This document shows, one piece after another, positions 12,090-24,187 of a stretch of 50,339 nt of DNA. The notes beneath the pieces were generated by a model. The model ran no database searches and was not told the origin of the DNA. It was given only the letters and a program-made list of their open reading frames with translations. Each line of letters starts with the position of its first letter. Within the stretch, counting starts at the first letter, position 1. The DNA lies in contig NW_021834196.1 of the NCBI RefSeq assembly GCF_006345805.1, forward strand, positions 1 through 50,339. The letters run 5' to 3'. This DNA is from Octopus sinensis. Taxonomy: Eukaryota. Both the position numbers and the translations under genes were made by a program.

Positions 12090-12577
12090 GAAATTCCTTG
12101 TTTGGATTTGGAAACACTGAAAATAAGAACATACCTTTCGAAGATCTGCTCGTAACTAACAGTGCAACAAATTCAAATAAGCAAGCGAAGAATCTCTGTT
12201 CTCCCCTTTCCACCAGCGTGGGGTAAAATCATCAAACACTATGCTTATTTCGGTAAAATCCGAAGCATTAATCAGAGGGAGATTAATTATAATTTCAACA
12301 ATTGAGGGCAAAATTAATTAATTATAATCAATTTCACCAAGTGTTCAGTATGCAAAGGGACCATTCAAGGCGAATTCAAATTATTACATTATATAAAAGG
12401 GCTTATTAAAATAAATTACTTTGCCGCATACTGAACTCATTAGAAATAGCAGCTAAAAAACTTTTTTAAAGCTATTTCTAATACTTAAGGAAATCTCTCT
12501 CATATATAGTGTTTGCTTAATTCAACTCACAAAAGTTTGGGGGTAAGGACATCGAAAAATCAAATGCTAAGGTTATT

Positions 12578-12629
12578 TGAGAACGTACGTTTCAAGATTA
12601 GTCAAAACAACACTTCTATCATCAGCTCA
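12578..12629 (-). ncRNA. Minimal type I hammerhead-like motif, unit 2
   Basis: Minus: TGAG-CTGATGA-tagaagt..actaatctt-GAAA-CGTACG-T-T-CTCA; palindrome ACGTACGT; helix II imperfect. Confidence 0.6.
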
Positions 12630-13153
12630 GAAATTCCTTGGTTTGGATTTGGAAACACTGAAAATAAGAACATACCCTTCGAAGATCTGCTCGTAACAAC
12701 AGTGCCAACAAATTCAAATAAGCAAGCGAAGAATCTCTGTTCTCCCCTTTCCCCAGCGTGGGTAAAATCATCAAACACTATGCTTATTTCGGTAAAATCC
12801 GAAGCATTAATCAGATGCGGCAAAGTAATTTATTTTACTAAGCCCTTTTATATAATGTAATAATTTGAATTCGCCTTGAAGGTCCCTTTGCATACTGAAC
12901 ACTTGGTGAAATTGATTAATAATTAATTAATTTTGCCCTCAATTGTTGAAATTATAATTAATCTCCCTCTGATTAATGCTTCGGATTTTACCGAAATAAG
13001 CATAGTGTTGATGATTTTAACCCACGCTGGTGGAAAGGGGAGAACAGAGATTCTTCGCTTGCTTATTTGAATTTGTTGGCACTGTTAGTACGAGAGATCT
13101 TCGAAAGGGTATGTTCTTATTTTCAGTGTTTCAAATCCAAACCAAGGAATTTC

Positions 13154-13205
13154 TGAGCTGATGATAGAAGTGTTGTTTTGACTAATCTTGAAACGTACGT
13201 TCTCA
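13154..13205 (+). ncRNA. Minimal type I hammerhead-like motif, inverted copy
   Basis: TGAG-CTGATGA(13158-64)..GAAA(13190-93)-CGTACG-T-T-CTCA. Confidence 0.6.
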
Positions 13206-13397
13206 AATAACCTTAGCATTTGATTTTTCGATGTCCTTACCCCCAAACTTTTGTGAGTTGAATTAAGCAAACACTATATATGAGAGAGATTTCCTTTTAA
13301 GTATTAGAAATAGCTTTAAAAAAGTTTTTTAGCTGCTATTTCTAATGAGTTCAGTATGCGGCAAAGTAATTTATTTTACTAAGCCCTTTTATATAAT

Positions 13398-13499
13398 ATA
13401 TATATATATATATAAATTCATAATGAGGGTGAAAAATTAGATATTAATTTAAAATACCGTCAGTTTAACACCAAGTGGCCTAGCACATATGTGTGTGTG

Positions 13500-13573
<74 letters not shown>

Positions 13574-13620
13574 ATGTTATATTTAAATATATAATATATA
13601 TATGTATATATATATAAATA

Positions 13621-13660
<40 letters not shown>

Positions 13661-13666
13661 CATACA

Positions 13667-13706
<40 letters not shown>

Positions 13707-13810
13707 CATACATATATGTATATATATATATATATATATATAATACTATATATAGATATATATATATATTATATATATATTATATATATTATATATATAT
13801 ATATATAGAT
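13398..13810. repeat. Long interrupted (TA)n tract
   Basis: Direct reading. Confidence 0.9.
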
Positions 13811-13948
13811 CAATAAATGGTGGGGTTGTGTTGACCGCACGTGGAGAAATGATAAGTAACGAAAAATTTTTTTAAAAATGCAGAATGCTCAAATGAAAGA
13901 AAATTTTAATAAAATGAGAAATTGATAAAATATATAAAATATTATATT

Positions 13949-13989
13949 TATTCAACCGGTTTTCGTCATTGTATGACTTGTCAAGAATA
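13949..13989 (-). ncRNA. U3-A8 hammerhead-like motif
   Basis: Minus: TATTC-TTGACAA-GTCA tacaa TGAC-GAAA-A-CCGG-T-T-GAATA (one extra A). Confidence 0.55.
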
Positions 13990-14212
13990 TTTATGTTTTA
14001 AAGATTTTTTTAAAAATTAGAAAGGGGAAAAAAGAAGAAGAAAATTGCATTGTTTTTTGTAAAAGAATAATGATAAAAATGTACAAAAATTAAAAAATAA
14101 GTTCTCCGATACATTGTGAGTTTGTTGTGTATCTTGAGTTTTTCTTCTTCTTTTCTTCTTTTCTTCTTTTTTTCCCCTTTCTAATTTTTAAAAAAACTTC
14201 TTAAAACATAAA

Positions 14213-14252
14213 TATTCTTGACAAGTCATACAATGACGAAAACGGTTGAATA
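14213..14252 (+). ncRNA. U3-A8 hammerhead-like motif
   Basis: TATTC-TTGACAA-GTCA tacaa TGAC-GAAA-ACGG-T-T-GAATA. Confidence 0.55.
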
Positions 14253-14360
14253 AATATATATTATATATTTTATCAATTTCTCATTTTATTAAAATTTTCT
14301 TTCATTTGAGCATTCTGCATTTTTAAAAAATTTTTCCTTACTATATATATATATATATAT

Positions 14361-14535
14361 ATAACGGGAAGCTTTATGAAAATAGACAAAAGACGAAGGC
14401 AGGTGGAAACAAAACAAACAATTGTATTAGTATGGCGCTCAGGAAATATAAATAAAACAAGTCTTTAACGTTTCGAGCCTACGCTCTTCAACAGATAGAT
14501 ACACAGAGAGAAAAAAAACACAGAAAGAAGGAGAG
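14361..14535 (-). mobile_element. Short PLE-like module with CUGUUGA+A hammerhead-like motif (14462-14499)
   Basis: Homologous to 14831-15015 and to 37523-37712; abuts (TA)n. Confidence 0.65.
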
Positions 14536-14676
14536 AAAAAAATGTACAAAAATTAAAAAATAAGTTCTCCGATACATTGTGAGTTTGTTGTGTATCTTGA
14601 GTTTTCTTTTCTTCTTTTCTTCTTTTCTTCTTTTTTTCCCCTTTCTAATTTTTAAAAAAACTTCTTAAAACATAAA

Positions 14677-14717
14677 TATTCTTGACAAGTCATACAATGA
14701 CGAAAACCGGTTGAATA
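14677..14717 (+). ncRNA. U3-A8 hammerhead-like motif (duplicated copy)
   Basis: Same as 13949 motif, inside the 14077-15015 tandem duplication. Confidence 0.55.
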
Positions 14718-14830
14718 AATATATATTTATATATTTTATCAATTTCTCATTTTATTAAAATTTTCTTTCATTTGAGCATTCTGCATTTTTAAAAAAAATT
14801 TTTCCTTACTATATATATATATATATATAT

Positions 14831-15247
14831 ATAACGGGAAGCTTTATGAAAATAGACAAAAGACGAAGGCAGGTGGAAACAAACAAACAATTGTATTAGT
14901 ATGGCGCTCAGGAAATATAAATAAAACAAGTCTTTAACGTTTCGAGCCTACGCTCTTCAACAGAAAGATACACAGAGAGAAAAAAAACACAGAAAGAAGG
15001 AGAGAAAAAAAATGCGTGCAGTAACTAACGAATCAACATGGCGATCTGATTTCGGCCAGAGGTCAAAGATCAAACATGAGACGCGAGAGCGAAATTAGGG
15101 GAGATAATAGGGTTGATAATAGGGTTGAATGACCAGCTCCAACATAAGGGTGTGTGTGTGTGTATGAGAGAGTAATAGTGCGTAGGAGAGGTCTGGACGT
15201 GTGTATGTATAGGGTTGGTGTATGTATTAGTATGTATTAGTATGTAT

Positions 15248-15282
<35 letters not shown>

Positions 15283-15575
15283 AGAGAGTATTAGTGCGTA
15301 TGAGAGGTCTGGACGTGTGTATGTATAGGGTTGGTGTATTATTAGTATGTATTAGTATGTATTAGTTTGTACGTATTAGCATGTATAAGGGTGTGTGTGT
15401 GTGTATGAGAGAGTATAAGTGCGTATGAGAGGTCTGGACGTGTGTATGTATAGGGTTGGTGTATGTATTAGTATGTTTTAGTATGTATTAGTACGTATTA
15501 GTATGTATTAGTTGGTGTATGTATTAGTATGGCACATCATATATGATGTGATGTGTAAAGTCGTGTGGTGTAGTG
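14831..15575 (-). mobile_element. Longer PLE-like module with hammerhead-like motif (14931-14968) and internal minisatellite
   Basis: Minus: TCTTT-CTGTTGA-A-GAGC gtag GCTC-GAAA-CG-T-T-AAAGA; upstream ATCGCCATGTTGATTCGTTAGT also homologous to 37523 copy. Confidence 0.65.
15145..15530. repeat. Three-copy minisatellite (~100-145 bp units)
   Basis: Unit TAAGGG(TG)nTATGAGAGAG..GAGAGGTCTGGACGTG..GGGTTGGTG(TATTAGTATG)n starts at 15145, 15247, 15386. Confidence 0.9.
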
Positions 15576-15589
15576 TATATATATATATA

Positions 15590-15810
15590 TACACACGTTT
15601 GTGTGTCTGTATTTGTCCCCAAACATCGTTTGACAACCGATGCTGATGTATTTACGTCCCCGTAACCTAGCGGTTCGGCAAAAGAGACCGATAGAATAAG
15701 TACTACGCCCACAAAGAATAAGTCCTGGGGTCGATTTGCTCGACTAATGGCGGTACTCCAGCACGGCCGCAGTCAAATGACTGAAACAAGTAAAAGAGTA
15801 AAGAGTAAAG
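15590..15810 (+). mobile_element. SINE family A 3' half
   Basis: TTTGTCCCC..TTGACAACCGATGCTG..GGTTCGGCAAAAGAGACCGATAGAATAAG..CAAGTAAAAGAG. Confidence 0.85.
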
Positions 15811-17147
15811 TCAGCAATTTTGGGAAAGGTTAAGTCATTGCATTGACCACAGTGCTCAGCTAGCAACCCCAAAAGATGAAAGGCAAAGACTACCCCAGAA
15901 GAATTTGAACTCAGACTGTAAAGACAGACTCAACGCCGCCAAGCAGTTCACTCGGTGTGCTAACGATTCCGCTGGCTCACGGCCCTATTGTTACGTAGTG
16001 CGCTTGTTTCTACGGTTATTACAATGTAATATATATACAACTCAAAATTTAAAAATTATTCTTTCCCAGCAGTCCGGTGATTGAGAACCCCTGTTTCACA
16101 CTATTCGTTCTTCTACCCAAATGCTTTGAAAATGGATTAATTTCAAACATAAATCCAAGACTACAGTTTTTATAAATCAAAGACTACAATTTATATAAAG
16201 ACGCCAATGATAAAGAAGACAGAAGTAAATGAGGAAAGGCTTTTAATTGTTTTTTGATTCGAGGCCAACCCAATTCGAGCAGGCCCATAAAGAAAAGTAC
16301 TCCATTCGTGATTATTTCATTTATTTTCTATGTTCAAGGAATCCAAGACGACATTATCCTGTGTGTATTTTTTTAAGCTTGCAAGATGTGATTTTAGGAA
16401 GGCTGTAGTGTGTGATTTTTAGTAGGTCGAGTAATCTCGCAGAGGTACGGTCGCCAGCTTGAAGACTTTCAGAAATCAAAAAATCTACTAAGTTTAGCAT
16501 CCAGTACCTTGATCCCTAACGTAACCACAAAGCTTCATGTTTTAAAAAGAGGACAAAGAAATACTTATTACGTGAACAAGACCAAAATTTTGGAAGAGAG
16601 AGCAATCAATTATATATCTACGTCAGTACATGACTGGTAGTTGTTTTATCAATCTCGGAAAGATGAAATGTAAGGCCAACATTAGCGGTATTTGAAGTCA
16701 GAAATGAAATAGACAAATGCTAAAAGGCATTTAATCCGCTGATACTGTTGACACCTTTACAACAACAGTAATAATTGTAATCCTTTTTACAATAAGCGGA
16801 AAAACTGAAAGGTTTGGGGAATGTGCAGCTGATTACATCGGTCCCAGTGTGCAACTGGTACTTATTTCATCGGCCACAAAATGAGGAAAGGCAAAATTGA
16901 CCTCGGCAGAATCTTTACTCAAAATTTAAAGACGGATGAAATACCCTTTTCTACGCTAGACACAAGGCCCGAACTTTAGGGGGAGGGGTCCAGTCGATTA
17001 CATCGACCCCAGTACGCAACTGGTACTTAATTTATCGACCCCGAAAGGAAGAAAGGCAAAGTCGATCTCGGTGGAATTTGAACTCGGACCGTAAAGACAG
17101 ACGAAATACCGCTAAGCATTTAGTCTCGCGTGCTAATGATTCTGCAC
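15811..17147 (-). mobile_element. Cluster of four SINE family D copies (about 15811-15985, 16575-16745, 16795-16935, 16945-17147)
   Basis: Repeated AGTCGATTACATCGACCCCAGT..ACTGGTACTTA..AAAGGCAAAGTCGA..TTTGAACTC..CTAAGCATTT motifs. Confidence 0.75.
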
Positions 17148-17843
17148 GCCTTCTCTGTACTAATAATAATATCAACAACTTTCGTTTCATAGACTTTAGG
17201 ATAGGTACCGAAGTGTGAACGTTAACGCGGGTGCTCGACCTGTTAGAAATAAAAGCCAAACCTCCATAGAATCATACCATGCCATCTTAATCATAGGAAG
17301 ATATGTCAAATATTATTGTCTTAGAAATACTATGTCTAAAAATAGGATATGAAAGTCATTGCTGGGGATAGTCAAGCGTAACTGGTGATTGAATAATATA
17401 CAACAATTGAAACGACTATTATTATACTGCATTTAATCTCTTTCTTATTCATTGTATGTAGTTACGTAAGTAATGTATGTAATATACAAACAATGGGGAG
17501 AGAGAGAGAAAAGGAGAGAACGAGAGACGGAGAGACGGAGAGAAAGATAGATAGAAAGAGAGAGAGAGAAAGATAAGTAGGGAGATAGAAAATTCAAGAG
17601 ACAGAGAGAGAGAGAGAGAAGGAAAGAAAGAGATAGAGAAAGAGAGAGAGAGAGGCGGAATCGTGGCCAGCCTCTACGTATTCGCTCGTTCGATATGCTA
17701 GAAAAAGCAGCTAAATCCCACTCAAATTATACAAGTCAAAATGGGAGGAACACATTGAACAATATAGTCCTAGATATGCAATTCCTGAAAGTAGGCTGGG
17801 GTTGTCATAGGTGTACACAGTCAAACTTAAAAAAAAACATCAT

Positions 17844-18008
17844 GGCGTAGGAGTGGCTGTGTGGTAAGTAGCTTGCTTACCAACCACATGGTTCCGAGTT
17901 CAGTCCCACTGCATGGCACCTTGGGCAAGTGTCTTCTACTATAGCCTCGGGCCGATCAAAGCCTTGTGAGTGGATTTCGTAGACGGAAACTGAAAGAAGC
18001 CTGTCGTA
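17844..18008 (+). mobile_element. SINE family A 5' half (interrupted)
   Basis: Head to GCCTGTCG then (TA)n and about 390 bp of foreign sequence. Confidence 0.85.
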
Positions 18009-18399
18009 TATATATATATATATATATATATCTATATATATAAACCAGCTTAGAAAAGAAGAAGAAACGAAACAAACCAAACGAATCGAATCGAATCACG
18101 CGAAGGTGCTCAGTCATACAATAGTGTAATAAATAAAATATATGCATACATACAAACATATATGTACGTACCTACATCTACATGTATATATACATGCATA
18201 TATAAATATATATACGTGTGTACAGGACACCACAAATAGACGTAGAACTCAACGAGAAACGAAAACGTAAAAACAGCATGGAACGGACCATTTTTTTAAC
18301 AACGAAAAAACAGAGTACAAGACAACTACACAAGGAAAAATCCCTTTCATCAGCTGTCCCTAGTTCAACTCCAGCGCGTTTCGAAGGTGAGGACAGAAC

Positions 18400-18595
18400 A
18401 CGTGTGTGTGTGTGTATACACGTTTGTGTGTCTGTGTTTGTCTCCCCAACATCGCTTGACAACTGAGTTCGGCAAAAGAGACCGATAGAATAAGTACTAG
18501 GCTTCCAAAGAATAAGTCCTGGGGTCGATTTGCTCGACTAAAGGCAGTGCTCCAGCATGGCTACAGTCAAATGACTGAAACAAGTAAAAGAGTAT
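18400..18595 (+). mobile_element. SINE family A 3' half
   Basis: Resumes at (TG)n TTTGTCTCCCC..CGCTTGACAAC..CAAGTAAAAGAG. Confidence 0.85.
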
Positions 18596-19479
18596 GAATC
18601 TTCATTTTCCCATTTCCCGAAAAATTTATCATCTTTGTTTCTAATGAAAAAGCAACTTTATACATTCTATAATGCTTGTGGGCTAGAGAATTGTGCGTGA
18701 TCCCTTTGGTGACATGAATGAGACACAGATAGATGCCTGGTATAACCCCTATAAATTACGAACACATAGATCCTAGTAGTTTAAAGAATCAGCGATAGAG
18801 AAAGGAAAAAAAAAACTGGGCTTTCTATGTAGGTAACGTGCATAATTAGCTTAAATATATTGACTGTTGGTGAGGCTGCAATCTCATTTACGCATACGTA
18901 TCATGTAAATTTTATGGCTGTGCTATCAGTCACTACACCAAAGGGACATACCAAACTGCGACCGTTTAAATTAGTAGGCTTAAACTAAAAAGCAGCTATA
19001 ACATACTAATGATTTATCAGCAAAGATCTCAGTCTCCTATGTCGCTCTTGTGCGGATAAATGAACAATAGCTTAACGATCATTCCATGGGGAACAGACTA
19101 ACATACCAACTGCAATAGTCGAAAAGTCGTTATTTTATAGACATCTGAGTTAATCAAAAGCAAAGAGCATATCAAGATGAGAAGAGCCGTAATTACATAC
19201 TGAATGTTTTGTCCGAAGGTCAAACGATTTTGACAATCAACATCTTATTTTCTTTTTTCTATTATTTCACTCATTGGGCTTTGACCACGCTAGACATCTC
19301 TTTGAAAAGTTTAGGCGATCAAATTGCTCCTAATATTTTTTTTAAAGTCTAGTACTTATTCTATCAGCCCTTTACCGAACTGCTATGGGAACATAACCAA
19401 ACCAACAATGGTAGTCAACCTCTAGGGAAACAAACATAAAGACACCTACTCACACACAAGGACACACACAAGCACACAC

Positions 19480-19510
<31 letters not shown>

Positions 19511-20489
19511 CACCACACACACACACACACCACTCCCTCGCATTTTTTTTTTATTAAATCTGAAGCTGAGAGTCTGTATCGCGACTCGAGTTTCACGCCA
19601 TTGCGATCGATCGTTAGATTGTTAGAAAAGCATATTCATATTTCAGATAATTGCTAGTACGTTCCAACAACACTGCTGTCAAAGTGTTATCGTCAACAGT
19701 CAATTCAAGGACCAGTGGAATCTAGGCTGAGACGTGTTAAAAGGGGAAAACAGTGCTAAGATACCCTGCTGATTTAATACTTCTGAACTTTAGTTTGTCA
19801 TGTGAAAATGACATCTAACTTTCGAGACCACCAAGTGGGTATGGTGGTTTGTTCTGTCACATTTTAGGAATGCAAAAAAAGTTATTGTACGTTAATTGCA
19901 TTAATTTACTATAAAGGTAGATGGTATGTACTTTTGAGCAGGATGTAAAATCCTGGTGAGCCATCTTAGTCATTTCAATTTCCATATAATAAGATTTCAG
20001 AGTATTGTTCTCAAAATGCTACAAGTTTTATACTCCCATAGAACAGTAATCGAATGAACTTGTGTCATGTGTCCATCCTGTAATCCAATCCTCCAAGCTC
20101 AAAATGATTAAACGCTGTTTGTCTTTCGCTGAATGGAGTACATTTTTTAATCTTACCAATAACGGAACAGTACAATATCATATATCGATTACGATGGGTT
20201 TCGCACTAAGGGTTCAACAGAATATTAGGTAACAGTCCGAATATGTAATCCTGCGCTATGGGATTCGTGTATAGAGGAAAACGGATATCGCAGAAATATG
20301 TCTAATTTAATTATATTTTTTTATTGTGTTTTTCTCTTATCAGTTTCGATAGTAGGAAGGCGTTGTGACCGGTGCCTTTGCAGACCCTCTTAAACCAGTA
20401 TGGTCAGCCTGGTTGACGTCCTCAAACGTTTGCAAATCAACGGCAATAAAAAAAATGAACCGGTAGGAATTCGAGACGGATGATGTTCT

Positions 20490-20535
<46 letters not shown>

Positions 20536-20619
20536 GGGGGGGGGGCTGAGTGTAGTGCTTAGTGCAGAATCCAGTAGGATGGACATAATACAGATGACAA
20601 GAGAGTGTGCGTGTGTGTG

Positions 20620-20685
<66 letters not shown>
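20490..20685. repeat. Two (GA)n tracts
   Basis: Direct reading; source of the ERER ORFs. Confidence 0.9.
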
Positions 20686-20686
<1 letters not shown>

Positions 20687-21694
20687 GGTGAGAAATTGGT
20701 GTCAGTGGAAGTGGCATAAAATCAGAAACGGGGAGAAAGAACTCTGCATTTTCATTTATACTGCATTAATTGTAACATTGGTAAATAGTTCGCGTTCTAG
20801 CAGTGGGTTTGTCATCATTTTATTCGATAAATAATTTTTATTACTATAAGCTATTAACTATCGGTGAATAAGTATCTTTAACAGATTCGACCTCACCAGT
20901 AAGTTACGGGAAGTTCCCCTTCCGCTATAACCCACAAACCACAAAACATTTAATACTATTCGACCGAAGAGGAAATATTTTAATTTTCTTTTGTTCTTTT
21001 CATTTTATATCTTTTACACTTTCCATAAAGGTTTAGTGTTAACTAGACTACCCATGACCTGTTGGGTCACTGACAGTTCAGGTTAAAAAAAACATTGAAA
21101 CTGATTTCAACATTGCATTGAAATGGAAGTTAATTTTATGATGATTCAGTTAAATATTTCAATTCGTTCGTGTCATCATAGGTCTGGTTTACAAGTTGAT
21201 GTTTAAGGTTTTATTGATTATTTACAGAATCTAATAGAAATAGAACTTCCGGGATAAACTTGAACGCCAGTAACGTCGCTTATTTATGACATATGTGTAC
21301 ACGTCTACAAAAATACAAAAAGAATTGTTATATATCGTAAACATAAAATTAATGGAAACAATTTTCCAGTATTGAATATTCCCATTTCAAGGTTATGTTA
21401 CTTTTGGAGTATTTATGAAGGTACTCCCCAAAACAGTGTATCTCAGGAATCCGTGGTCCGATTTACGCAAAATTTGCTTTATACTGTTTGTATTCACGTT
21501 TCAGGGGTGACTTACTTTCAGAGTATTTTTCTATTATGCACTGGTTTGGCTGTATTAAATTACAGACAAGCACACAAACACACACGCAAACACGTAAGCA
21601 AGCAAGCAAGCAATCACAAAGTTTTAGTAGTCTATAGATAGATAGATTATAAACTTATCCATAACCACGATATTTTCATCTCAGAGTGCTAATG

Positions 21695-21850
21695 TGAAGT
21701 CGCGAGGCCTGATGGTTAAGGTGTTGTACTCACGATCGCAAGGTCGGGGTTTCGAATTCTGGAACAGATGGTGTCTTGTATTCTCGAACAAGACACTTCA
21801 ATTCACGTTGTCCTAGTCTATTCAGCTGTAAATGAATAGTCCTGTGACGG
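21695..21850 (+). mobile_element. SINE family C, degenerate 5' part
   Basis: GGCCTGATGGTTAAGGTGTTG..GGTTTCGAATTC..AACAAGACACTTCAATTCACGTTG..CAGCTGTAAATGAATAG. Confidence 0.6.
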
Positions 21851-22479
21851 TTCGTTCAGAGGGGAAGTTGTAATCTCAGCCACTTATACTCTATAGAAAC
21901 TGGGTAACCAGCCCTAGGAGTCCTAGGCCTTATTCTGAGGCCTAAGTTATTTATTACTGTTTGCGAACCAAAGACATTACAACTGACGTATCGCGTAAAA
22001 AGTTGAGTTCGTATCTCAGTTACAGATGCCAACTCCGACCTTAGTGCTGTTTCATACAATCCTGTCTCAAATATATAAATCATTGGATTTCACCTTTACA
22101 CACCAGCTTCACTAAATCATATTTATCTCTTTTCTAACTATTCGTAAAAGGCAAGATTTTCAGATATAATCATTATTATAAGAATGGAAATTAAACCCTG
22201 TCGAATATACTAAGAATAGTAAAGGAAGTCTTTTGAAGCAGGAATCAATATTTTATTCTATAGTGTGAGCCCATTTTATCATAAGAAGCATGAACCCAAC
22301 ATTCAATACTCCACTACTCCCTTAAATAGCCAGTAGACAAACTTATTAGTTGTTTATAAAAAGGGAAAAATAAAATAGCAAAAACATTTCACGGAGTAAT
22401 CAGATAAAACGTCACGATATTTTGACAATATCGACATGGAAGTTATACGGCTCTCTACTTTTGCATTTTCCTTTTTAAG

Positions 22480-22482
22480 ACC

Positions 22483-22513
<31 letters not shown>

Positions 22514-22855
22514 TTATTATTATCATTATTATTATTATTCTTTACTACCCCTCCTCCTCCTTCTCTTCCTTCTTCTTATTATTATTCTTTCCTCCTCCTC
22601 CTCCTCCGCTTCTTCTTCTTCTTCTTCTTATTATTATTATTCTTTACTCCTCCTCTCCTCCTCCTCCTCTTCCTTCTTCTTCTTGTTATTATTATTCTTT
22701 ACTCCCCCTCCTACTCCCCCTCCTTCTTCTTCTTCTTTACTCTCCCCTCCTCCTCCCCCTACGCCCTACGCCCTCCCCCCTCCTCCTCCGCTTCTTCTTC
22801 TTCTCTTCTTCTTCTTCTTCTTCTTCTTCTTCTTCTTCTTCTTCTTCTTCTTGGG
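22480..22855. repeat. (CTT)n/(TTA)n/(CCT)n low-complexity tract
   Basis: Direct reading. Confidence 0.9.
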
Positions 22856-23132
22856 TTGGGAGAAGGCAATATATTTATAAATGTCTTTTAGTGTTTGATT
22901 GCAACTTTATGACAAACTTCAATGGATACAAAACCTTTGATCATAACGTCATAACTCTAATCCCTCTTTCTCTTTCATTCTCTGTCTCTCTCTTGTGTCC
23001 CGATCTTTCTCCGCGATATCTGAGATTTAGAAGTAACAGATCATCATTTCACATCTGTTTCTGTTCAGAAACGAGCTCAACTCTTTCACAGATCTCGGTT
23101 GCCGTTTGTCCCTCAATCTCAGAAGAAATTTG

Positions 23133-23550
23133 GGATCTTTTCGGTTTGAACGGCAGTTTTTTCTAGCGGTGTCATATGAAATTGTCACCCATAATTATGA
23201 CCCTAGTATCGATCTATTGCATTTCAATCTGTTTTAGGGTTAGGGTTAGGGGTGGGGGGAAGGGTATCTTTTTTCTTCACAAATGTAAATAAACACAATC
23301 TGTTTCTTAAACGAGGGACATATTCATACGACACAGAATGTTTTTTGCCTCAATGGACGTCATTGATTGGTTGAAATTGCAGAAATTGAAGAAAAAAAAA
23401 CTACAAATATCTTACAAACTATAGAATTTTCTCAATAAAGCCGAGAGAAAAAGATGTTTTATAAACACATTCTACCAGTATACTAAGCTTAAAATTTTTT
23501 AGTTACCTAGAAATTATGTTTAAAAACTGCCGTTCAAACCGAAAAGATCC
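23133..23550 (+). mobile_element. MITE family 1, 8-bp TSD
   Basis: Same TIRs as 3001; GAAATTTG on both flanks. Confidence 0.95.
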
Positions 23551-24119
23551 GAAATTTGATGAGAATCGTCCTCACTTCTATGTCTGCCAAGCTGAATAAA
23601 ATAACTTGTTTTTGAATTATCTGTTCAATGAAAATGATTTTGTATCATCAATTTATGTTGATCGGATACGTTTAGCTCCAGTTTTCTTTTCTTTTCTTTG
23701 TTTTTTTTATAACATTTTTTTTAGATCGTTCTTCTGTTCAGATCTTCTCAATATCCAGTAGATTCAATATTTCAAATAATTTTGGTTCCTTGGCGAGTAT
23801 TTCCTTTGAGCATGAGAATAAACAGGTCAGCAGTGAGGCAATTACCGTGTAACATTGGGTATATTTTTACGAATTCTCAAAAAAAAAAATTCATTATTTT
23901 CCCTTGAACGTGATGTAATGCTTAAAAAATGTACCACCCGTTTCAGTTCCATTGTTGAAATTGATACGAATTCTTCGATAACAACTATATTGTTGTTTTT
24001 GTCATATAGTCCACAGATGGCACTAAATGAGTATACCTGTAAACAAAAGTCATTCGACCATCTCGGCTTTTTGAAGACATTTAGACAATAAACCGAAACA
24101 TCACTACAGTTGCTATTGG

Positions 24120-24129
24120 TCTACACAGA

Positions 24130-24187
<58 letters not shown>

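Larger units (their letters stand above)
11755..13397. repeat. ~538-bp hammerhead-bearing unit: two tandem copies plus one inverted copy
   Basis: TTTCAACAATTGAGGGC starts at 11755 and 12293; 12816-13397 is the reverse complement of about 11848-12428, spanning the tandem junction. Confidence 0.9.
13854..14343. repeat. Inverted repeat (~190-bp arms) carrying divergent hammerhead-like motifs
   Basis: 13854-14043 is the reverse complement of about 14150-14343; spacer about 105 bp. Confidence 0.9.

Noticed and set aside
12513-13270. Protein-coding role for the 538-bp unit ORFs
   Set aside because: Frames differ between copies through indels and no motif was recognised.
11755-15530. CRISPR-like array
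   Set aside because: The units are long, non-interspaced duplications in eukaryotic DNA, with no spacers or cas genes.
18335-18396. Permuted (type II-like) hammerhead on minus strand: CCTTC-GAAA-CGCGC..GGACAG-CTGATGA-AAGGG
   Set aside because: Both core halves are present, but U16.1/H17 and an adjacent helix I cannot be formed. It is possibly a decayed relative and is not counted.
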